This document shows, in pieces, positions 57,058 through 64,000 of a stretch of DNA of 64,000 nucleotides (position 1 is the stretch's first letter; every line of letters starts with the position of its first letter). A program made the position numbers and the translations under genes. The notes under the pieces were generated by a model, which was not told where the DNA came from, made no database searches, and was given only the letters and a program-made list of their open reading frames with translations. This DNA is from a virus. The stretch is from positions 64,001-128,000 of IMG/VR virus record IMGVR_UViG_3300046804_003518. One strand, written 5' to 3'.

Positions 57058-58259
57058 TGAGCTTTATTCAGTACCTAAAAGAAACAGTAGATGATGAAAG
57101 TAAGCTAATCCACCTAAAGCATGTGGGTGAGCATGCTATTGATTCTGGTACCGAAGGTTTCAAGCACGCATTCCACACTCTACAAGATGTCCATGATGCT
57201 ATTCATGGCTCAGCCACATCGCCAACTAAGACAACAATTAAGTATGATGGCTCACCATCCGTAATCTTTGGCCATCATCCAAAGACTGGTAAGTTCTTTG
57301 TTGCGTCAAAGTCTGCCTTTAATAAAGAACCAAAGATCAATTACTCACATGAAGATATTGAGAAGAACCATGGCCATGCACCTGGCTTGGTTGAGAAGCT
57401 AAAGGCTGCGTTTACACATCTTCAAAAGACTGCTCCAAAGAAGGGTGTGTTCCAAGGCGATATCATGTACACCAAAGAGCATGGCTGGAATGCAGCTGGC
57501 TCAAATGATGTTAAGGACCACGGTGGCAAGTATCACTTTACACCTAATACTATTACATATTCTCAAGACAAGAATTCTAAGGAAGGCAAGAAGATTGCCA
57601 AGGCTAAAATTGGCGTCGCAGTCCACACAAAGTATGAAGGGGATGATCTAGAGAACATGAAAGCTCATTATGGCTTTAATGTCCATGATGAGGATAGTGG
57701 GTTTAAGCATCACCCAGATGTCCATCTGCTACCTACCCATGTAGTCCACCCAGCACAACCTCCTAAGTCTACTAAGTTCCAGCATCACATGAAGAAGGCT
57801 GTAGAAGAGTTTGAAGGGGCTACAGAAGAGACTCATAATGCTATTGCAGGCCATAGAGTTAACCTAAAGACATATATCAATAGCACAGTTAGAACTGGTG
57901 CCAAGAGATCAATTAGCGGTTACCTAGCATGGCTGAGAGCCAAACACCAGGGCGAAGTTGAGAAGCTAAAGTCACCAGCTGGTAAGGCAAAAAGACAGCA
58001 AGCCATGGATGAAGACCTAGCCCATGTTCAAAAGAACAAGCACCATTTCCAGCGTATTCTAAATATCCATGACCATCTAGAAAATGCAAAAGATGAATTG
58101 GTCCACCATCTTTCGGCTTTGGAGCACCATGGATATGAGCATTCAATCCACGGTAAGCCTTCAAAACCAGAAGGGTTTGTGGCAATCAGAAACAATAGAC
58201 CAACTAAGCTAGTCCATAGAGCAGACTTCTCGAGGGCTAACTTCTTAAAGGTTCGCTAA
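57057..58259 (+). CDS. Ligase/nucleotidyltransferase-like protein with a capsid-targeting-like N-terminus
   Basis: KYDG (motif I), QGD, EGFV, KLV; starts MSFIQYLKE. Confidence 0.6.
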   Translation: MSFIQYLKETVDDESKLIHLKHVGEHAIDSGTEGFKHAFHTLQDVHDAIHGSATSPTKTTIKYDGSPSVIFGHHPKTGKFFVASKSAFNKEPKINYSHEDIEKNHGHAPGLVEKLKAAFTHLQKTAPKKGVFQGDIMYTKEHGWNAAGSNDVKDHGGKYHFTPNTITYSQDKNSKEGKKIAKAKIGVAVHTKYEGDDLENMKAHYGFNVHDEDSGFKHHPDVHLLPTHVVHPAQPPKSTKFQHHMKKAVEEFEGATEETHNAIAGHRVNLKTYINSTVRTGAKRSISGYLAWLRAKHQGEVEKLKSPAGKAKRQQAMDEDLAHVQKNKHHFQRILNIHDHLENAKDELVHHLSALEHHGYEHSIHGKPSKPEGFVAIRNNRPTKLVHRADFSRANFLKVR

Positions 58260-59564
58260 ATGGCTCAGTTTAGAAAAGACAGACACGAATACTTACCGGA
58301 TGGCAAGACACTATTTGAAGTAGTGATGCTTGCTGACCAGTATGGCAATCGTATCGGTCCAGCCAACCCATCAGGCGTAGCAGTAGATGCTTTTGGTAGA
58401 GCAAGAGGCTCCCAGCCAGTAACACTATTTGATTCCTTTAACCGCTACGAAGATAACGGTAAGTTCTCCACAGCCAACACTGCCACGGCAACCTATTCTT
58501 ATAGTGCTAACGCTGCTACAATGTCGTTGACTGTGGATACAACATCTGGCGCTAAAGTCCAAAGAGAAACAACAAGAGTGTTTGCCTACCAGCCTGGTAA
58601 GAGCCTGCTGATAATGAATACGTTTGTAATGAATGCTCCTCAAGCAAACCTAGCTCAGAGAATTGGATACTTCAATAATCAGAATGGTGTGTTCTTAGAG
58701 CAAACTGGTACAACAATTAGATTTGGCATCAGATCATATGTTGACGGTACTGTCCAACATGAGTATGCCAACCAGGCTAGCTGGAATATTGATACACTAC
58801 TTGGAGCAGTACCAACATCTCCTTCTCAGACAACATTAGACCTAACAAAGGCTCAGATCTTTTGGTGCGATATCGAGTGGCTAGGTGTTGGTTCGGTAAG
58901 ATGTGGATTTGTAATCAATGGGCAGTTGATTCATTGCCACACATTCCACCATGCTAATGTCAATACCGGCACCTATATGACAACAGCATGTCTTCCAGTA
59001 AGATATGAAATTGAAAATTTAGGTACTACAGCTGCTTCTGCCACACTGAAGCAAATATGCTCGACAGTTATATCAGAAGGTGGCTATGAAGTTATTGGGG
59101 ATCCTAAATCTTACGGACAAGAGCCAACAACACAAAGAGAACTCGCCTCTGCTGGAACTTATTACCCTGTTGTTTCTCTAAGATTGAAGTCAGATAAGCT
59201 AGATGGGATTGCTGTACCAAAAGAAATTTCAATTGCTGCACTAAACCAGGCACTCTATAAATATAAACTAGTAGTTGGAGCAACAATTACTGGTGCAAGT
59301 TGGACATCTGCCGGTAGCGACTCATGTGTAGAATATGACGCCAATAACTCATCTACAATGGCAGGTGGTACAACATTAAAATCTGGTTTGTATAATTCAA
59401 CAAACCAGTCAGCTGCTGGTGTGACATTGGATGGGGATATGTTTAAGTTTCAGTTGGAAAGAAACGGGTTAACAAGTACGCCAACGATACTGACACTTGC
59501 AATGACATCTAGAACGGCAACGAGTAATGTTGTAGCAGCCATAGATTGGCAAGAGTTTACGTAA
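58260..59564 (+). CDS. Putative virion structural protein (beta-sandwich)
   Basis: MAQFRKD start, S/T/G-rich beta strands, late-gene codon usage. Confidence 0.6.
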   Translation: MAQFRKDRHEYLPDGKTLFEVVMLADQYGNRIGPANPSGVAVDAFGRARGSQPVTLFDSFNRYEDNGKFSTANTATATYSYSANAATMSLTVDTTSGAKVQRETTRVFAYQPGKSLLIMNTFVMNAPQANLAQRIGYFNNQNGVFLEQTGTTIRFGIRSYVDGTVQHEYANQASWNIDTLLGAVPTSPSQTTLDLTKAQIFWCDIEWLGVGSVRCGFVINGQLIHCHTFHHANVNTGTYMTTACLPVRYEIENLGTTAASATLKQICSTVISEGGYEVIGDPKSYGQEPTTQRELASAGTYYPVVSLRLKSDKLDGIAVPKEISIAALNQALYKYKLVVGATITGASWTSAGSDSCVEYDANNSSTMAGGTTLKSGLYNSTNQSAAGVTLDGDMFKFQLERNGLTSTPTILTLAMTSRTATSNVVAAIDWQEFT

Positions 59565-59572
59565 GGGGCTAT

Positions 59573-60070
59573 ATGAAGAATTTTAGTCTTTATACCGAAG
59601 AGTTAAACTTCGAAGAACAAGAAGGTAAAAATATTACCGTGGGTTCCTATGAGACTGAGAACTTTACGCTATGCTTAGGCGCCACAGACGCATTCAATAA
59701 TTTAATGAAAGAAGAGGATGTGGATATGGCTAAAGTAGAAGAAGCAGCAAAGCATGTAGATGAGGCTCTAGCTGTGGAAGCTAAGGCAATTGAAAGAGGC
59801 CATTCCACTCAGAAAGATCTAGAAGATTATGACCACCACGCTACAGCAGCAGAAGAGATTCTAGAAGAACTAGGTGATCTAGATAACCACGAATACTATC
59901 TCCGAGATGTCCATGAACCAAAGCTGGTTGACATGCTAGATGATAAAGAAATCAGTGATGAAGACCTAGAAGATGACGAAGAAGACGATTACGAAGACCT
60001 AGATGAGGACCTAGAAGTAGAGCCATTCTGGGATAACGACGAAGATTATACAGATCTATTTGACAAATAA
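59573..60070 (+). CDS. Highly acidic protein, putative internal head protein
   Basis: MKNFSLYTEE start; D/E-rich C-terminus. Confidence 0.6.
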   Translation: MKNFSLYTEELNFEEQEGKNITVGSYETENFTLCLGATDAFNNLMKEEDVDMAKVEEAAKHVDEALAVEAKAIERGHSTQKDLEDYDHHATAAEEILEELGDLDNHEYYLRDVHEPKLVDMLDDKEISDEDLEDDEEDDYEDLDEDLEVEPFWDNDEDYTDLFDK

Positions 60071-60078
60071 CAAGTTCT

Positions 60079-60086
60079 TATAAATA
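60079..60086 (+). promoter_or_regulatory. T4-type late promoter TATAAATA
   Basis: Exact consensus upstream of 60130. Confidence 0.8.
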
Positions 60087-60129
60087 TTCCGTACAAGGTT
60101 AGGGTACGCCAACCCCTTGAGGAATATCG

Positions 60130-62376
60130 ATGAAAAAGAGACTCAGTCTACAAGAATTTGTGGTTACGCGCCAAGCTGCAGCAGCTATGGCCAGCCAAGA
60201 TGCAGCAGCCGATTCTGATGCTGCTGATCCAAAAGCAAAAGCTCCAAAAAAGAAAGACGAAAAAAGGGCTAAGGGCACCACTGATACTGGTATGCCTAAG
60301 AATGAGATTGAGCTAAATCCACAGCTCGATACAACCCAAACAATGTATGAAGAGAAAGAAAAGCATGTGGTGTTTGCTTTTGGTAGAATGAACCCACCAA
60401 CTGTTGGCCACGAAAAGCTAGTTGATGCTATTAAGGCACATGCTGAGAAGGTTGGTGGCGAAGCCCATATCTACCTATCCAAGTCTCACGACAAAAAGAA
60501 GAATCCACTAGATTACGAAACAAAGCATGCATTTGCCAAGAAGGCATTTGGTGATGTTGTAAAGCATACGCCAGAAGGCCACTCTAGTATTTTTGGTATT
60601 CTTCAGCATCTTCATAACCAAGGGTTCACCCACGCAACTTTAATTGCTGGTGATGATAGAGTAGAAGATTATAGAAGAATTGCTAACACCTATAATGGTC
60701 CAGGAAAGGATTTCAACTTCAAGAAGATTGAAGTTAAGTCAGCTGGCGCCAGAGATCCAGATGCAGAAGGTGTAGAGGGAATGTCAGCCTCTAAGATGAG
60801 ATCATTGGCATCTGCTGGTAAGCATAAGGAATTTAAAGAAGGTCTACCAAAGAATCTTCAGAAGCACCATAAAGAAGTAATGAATACATTACGCACTGCT
60901 CTCCATGAAGAAGTATCACCAGAAGACTTGATGGAAGTAGTGAGCGTACAATCAAGAATTAAGAAAGCTGCTAAAGCAAGATCAATGAAAAGTCGTCTTG
61001 CATTTGGTAGAAAGAGAGCACTAAGAAGAAAGGCATCAAAGTCTGTCTTGCAAAGAAGAGCTCAAAGAGTAGCTCGTAAGTTTATGAGAGCAAGAATACT
61101 AAGAGGCCAAAAATATTCTAGCCTATCATACGGTGCAAGAGTAGCTCTGGACAAAAGACTAAAGCTAAAATCAAAGTCAGTAAATAGATTAGCTCAAAAA
61201 CTTCTACCAAGAATATCATCAGCTGAGCAAAGAAGAAAGCTAGGAGCTGGCTTTAAGGCACCAAGAGGTCTAGGGGCAGCAGCAGGTGTACCAGGTATCA
61301 GAGAGGCTCTAGATTTAATTATTAGAGAGCAACCATTAGCAACAGCCATCATTCAATCTTTACAAAAGAAATCAAACGAGCATAGTATTCCGTACGAGGT
61401 ACTAGAGACTGTATACTACCGTGGTCTTGCTGATTATGCAGCTGGCCACAGACCAACTCTAACTGCTCAGCAATGGGCATTCAATAGAGTTAATTCCTAT
61501 ATTCACGAAGGTCTAACATACCACACAGCTGATAAAGATTTAGCTGAAGCCGCCATGGATGTTAAGAGAGCACAGAAAGCCGCCCTTCAACTACACAAGA
61601 AAGGCAAGAAGACTGTAGAGGAAGAAAAAGTTACTGGTACCAATTGTGCTAATTGTAAGTGGTGGTGTGAAGAAACAGAGAAGCCAGTTGGCAAAGATGA
61701 ACTCAATGCAAATGGTGGCTTGAAGGCACCAAACAAAGAATACGTTGCAATGTCAAAGAGAGTTGATCTTGTTAGCCTACCAGGTGAAGCAACATCATCC
61801 ATCAAGGCAATGTATGAGCACGAAGAAATCAACGATTGGGTTACCGAGAGAATGTGTTGCGCCAAGTGGGATGCAGTTGGAGTTGTAAGAGACTACAAGG
61901 GTGAGTCTCCTCTAATGGCAGAAGAAGGTGGCGCTGGTTTAATTGGCACACCACAACTAACGGATGTATATAAGAATGCAACTCCTGGCCAGGGCAAGAA
62001 GTTATCATTTAAGAACTTTGTTAAGGAAGCAATTGAAGCTCCTTACGATCCACACCGAAGCAATAAGCTGGACATTATGCAAGCTGAGCAGATTAGAAAG
62101 GCAAGAGCACCATCATGGGATATGATTCAAGGTCATCACCTATCAAAGAAGTTTGTGGGTAAGGACTATCTTGATATTGAGATGTTTACAAAAGAAGTAA
62201 ATAAGCTAGCTGTAAAGATGGATCACTTTCCAGAGATAAGCAATTTTTATAACGAAGCGACTGTCAAGCTAACCACAGTTGATGTTGAAGGGTTAACAGG
62301 GATTGATTTTGAAATGGCAGCAGAGATTGATACAATTGCTAGCATGATGGGGCTGGAGGGAAGCGTCGATGAATAA
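60130..62376 (+). CDS. Multidomain protein: HxGH nucleotidyltransferase, basic domain, Cys domain and PCD-like domain
   Basis: FGRMNPPTVGH, NPL, MSASKMR; TAQQWAFNRVNS; CANC/CC..W; DHFPEI...LTT.DV.GLT..DF..A..ID. Confidence 0.75.
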   Translation: MKKRLSLQEFVVTRQAAAAMASQDAAADSDAADPKAKAPKKKDEKRAKGTTDTGMPKNEIELNPQLDTTQTMYEEKEKHVVFAFGRMNPPTVGHEKLVDAIKAHAEKVGGEAHIYLSKSHDKKKNPLDYETKHAFAKKAFGDVVKHTPEGHSSIFGILQHLHNQGFTHATLIAGDDRVEDYRRIANTYNGPGKDFNFKKIEVKSAGARDPDAEGVEGMSASKMRSLASAGKHKEFKEGLPKNLQKHHKEVMNTLRTALHEEVSPEDLMEVVSVQSRIKKAAKARSMKSRLAFGRKRALRRKASKSVLQRRAQRVARKFMRARILRGQKYSSLSYGARVALDKRLKLKSKSVNRLAQKLLPRISSAEQRRKLGAGFKAPRGLGAAAGVPGIREALDLIIREQPLATAIIQSLQKKSNEHSIPYEVLETVYYRGLADYAAGHRPTLTAQQWAFNRVNSYIHEGLTYHTADKDLAEAAMDVKRAQKAALQLHKKGKKTVEEEKVTGTNCANCKWWCEETEKPVGKDELNANGGLKAPNKEYVAMSKRVDLVSLPGEATSSIKAMYEHEEINDWVTERMCCAKWDAVGVVRDYKGESPLMAEEGGAGLIGTPQLTDVYKNATPGQGKKLSFKNFVKEAIEAPYDPHRSNKLDIMQAEQIRKARAPSWDMIQGHHLSKKFVGKDYLDIEMFTKEVNKLAVKMDHFPEISNFYNEATVKLTTVDVEGLTGIDFEMAAEIDTIASMMGLEGSVDE

Positions 62377-63127
62377 AATAAACGAAATTAGTACTAAGCC
62401 ACCAAGTGCTGCCAAGAAGTTTAAGTACTTCTTGAAGACTCCTCGTCAGATTCCAGGCCCACCAGGTGGCCATCCTGTTCCTCCAGGATATGAAAGAGTC
62501 CACGATGTAATAAGTGGTGGACATGTTTTAAGAAAGAAGCGAGATATAAGCGAGAAGGTAGGATTGGGTACAGCATTTGGCGCGGGCCTAGGTGCTGGTG
62601 TAGGAGCAGCAATGGGTGCTCCATTGGTTGGTGCAGCAGCTGGTGCATTTGCAGCTCATAAGATTGGTCAGAAGTTAAAGAAGACTTTTGGTGCCAAGCC
62701 AACATCTCAGAAGGTAGGCCAGAAGGCCAGACCAGTTACACAGCCTCGTGGAGGATTGAGAGAAATGAAAACATTCAAAGACTTTGCTGACGAGATTGAC
62801 TTTGGATTTACCGAAGAGGAATTTGAAGTCACTGGTGAAGAGGTCTATGAGGACTGGAATGAGGTTGAGGAATTAGAGGAAGCTGAAAAGGGTGGCCGTA
62901 AGGTTAAGCTTGGCAAGCCATTCCTAACACCAGGTGGTCCAAAGAAGAGATCGGTTTATGTTAAGCATCCATCAACTGGTAATGTTGTCAAGGTAAACTT
63001 TGGTGACCCTAACATGAGAATTAAGAAGAGTGATCCAGAAAGAAGAAGATCATTCAGAGCAAGACACAATTGTGAGAACCCTGGCCCAAGACATAAGGCA
63101 AGATACTGGTCTTGCAAGGCGTGGTAA
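62369..63127 (+). CDS. Basic multidomain putative internal head protein
   Basis: Gly/Ala glycine-zipper segment; C-terminal KV.FGDP...RR.SFRARH.C...ARYWSC..W domain. Confidence 0.7.
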   Translation: MNKINEISTKPPSAAKKFKYFLKTPRQIPGPPGGHPVPPGYERVHDVISGGHVLRKKRDISEKVGLGTAFGAGLGAGVGAAMGAPLVGAAAGAFAAHKIGQKLKKTFGAKPTSQKVGQKARPVTQPRGGLREMKTFKDFADEIDFGFTEEEFEVTGEEVYEDWNEVEELEEAEKGGRKVKLGKPFLTPGGPKKRSVYVKHPSTGNVVKVNFGDPNMRIKKSDPERRRSFRARHNCENPGPRHKARYWSCKAW

Positions 63128-63128
63128 G

Positions 63129-63545
63129 ATGTTAAGGTTTAAGCAACTTATTCTTGAAGACCTAGCCCACGAACAGATGGTCCAAGGCCACGTTGATGAC
63201 TTCATGGGTCACGCAAAAGAACATTTGGGACTACAAGAACTACCTAGAGTAGAGCTTGTAAACAATAAAAGAGTTGCTCAAGAGAATGCTAGCTTTGGTG
63301 GATATTATCCAGCAGAGAAGACAATTAGAGTAAACATTGCTGGTAGACATCCAGTTGATATTCTAAGAACTCTAGCGCATGAGATGGTTCATTATAGACA
63401 GGACCTAAACGGAGAGCTAGAAGATGTAGCAATGGCTGGTGAGACTGGTAGCACATGTGAGAATGAGGCTAATAGTGAAGCTGGTATTATGATGAGAAAC
63501 TACGGAAGGGCTAAGCCATCAATCTATGAGAGTTACAGAAAATAA
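63129..63545 (+). CDS. Zinc metallopeptidase-like protein (HExxH)
   Basis: RTLAHEMVH...ENEAN; starts MLRFKQLILE. Confidence 0.7.
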   Translation: MLRFKQLILEDLAHEQMVQGHVDDFMGHAKEHLGLQELPRVELVNNKRVAQENASFGGYYPAEKTIRVNIAGRHPVDILRTLAHEMVHYRQDLNGELEDVAMAGETGSTCENEANSEAGIMMRNYGRAKPSIYESYRK

Positions 63546-64000
63546 GTTTAGTAGATATCTAGGGCTTGCTCTAGGCCTACACGAAGATGATTACTATAAC
63601 CTATCAATGGATTTTTTTGATAGAGATGGGTTTGAGTTGAATGAATTGGAGCAAGCATTATATAGACGCAATATGATTAATATTGGCGAGCAGCATTTAA
63701 ACCATACTGCAAACCATGTTAGTTGGATAGAGCATGATACAAATGATGATCCAAGAATTATGATAGATCATAGTTGCCTACAACAGCGACATGATTATGT
63801 TGGCGAAGGTAGAGAATTATTACAAATAGCTTCTAATTATAGACCTGAACTAAAGAAGCTATTGGCAATAGTTCCCAAATGGGGAATAGATTTTAATGTG
63901 GATTACGTTGGTGAGACTGTTATGGAGCTATTCCATATAGAGGTTGATAGACGTAATTACGAAGAGATTTTGGATCAAAAGTACCTAGCTGAAAGGCTAA
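63526..64000 (+). CDS. Hypothetical protein, truncated by the window end (not in the ORF track)
   Basis: Open frame from ATG 63526: ...FDRDGFELNELEQ...PKWGIDFNVDY... Confidence 0.65.
   Translation, partial: MRVTENKFSRYLGLALGLHEDDYYNLSMDFFDRDGFELNELEQALYRRNMINIGEQHLNHTANHVSWIEHDTNDDPRIMIDHSCLQQRHDYVGEGRELLQIASNYRPELKKLLAIVPKWGIDFNVDYVGETVMELFHIEVDRRNYEEILDQKYLAERL

Noticed and set aside
59900-60070. D/E-rich tracts (here and in the VWA linker ~49920-50170) as tandem repeats
   Set aside because: Low-complexity protein sequence without a regular DNA repeat unit.

Overview
This is a 64 kb slice of a large lytic T4-like (Tevenvirinae/Kyanoviridae-style) myophage genome, almost entirely on the + strand. 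IHF consensus sites, a proteobacterial-type PstS, a porin and a PlcP/Agt pair point to a proteobacterial host (inference). In order, it carries the tail/packaging/head module (gp15-gp23), gp3-uvsY-uvsW, gp55-47-46 and a 7-deazaguanine DNA-modification cluster (queE, PRTase, queD, folE2, QueD-paralogue/DpdL-like, DpdA-like; no queC seen). Next come the clamp/loader/regA genes, a GC-richer early operon, hsp20 and a phosphate-starvation island (pstS, porin, plcP, agt-like GT4). The rest is gp43-uvsX-gp41, a VWA/MoxR pair, thyX-like and guaC genes, and a block of putative internal head proteins. The strongest leads are: (1) an apparent phage-borne phospholipid-to-glycolipid remodelling system; (2) a set of cargo proteins tagged with a T4-IP-like capsid-targeting peptide, including a Dps ferritin domain, a ligase-like protein, a nucleotidyltransferase and a PCD-fold domain; (3) a ~90-aa N-X-S/T-rich module shared by gp15 and gp18; (4) a QueC-less deazaguanine pathway; (5) IHF-site arrays at early promoters. 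All family assignments come from motif recognition by eye; no database searches were run. No tRNA, CRISPR array, intron or intein was recognised.
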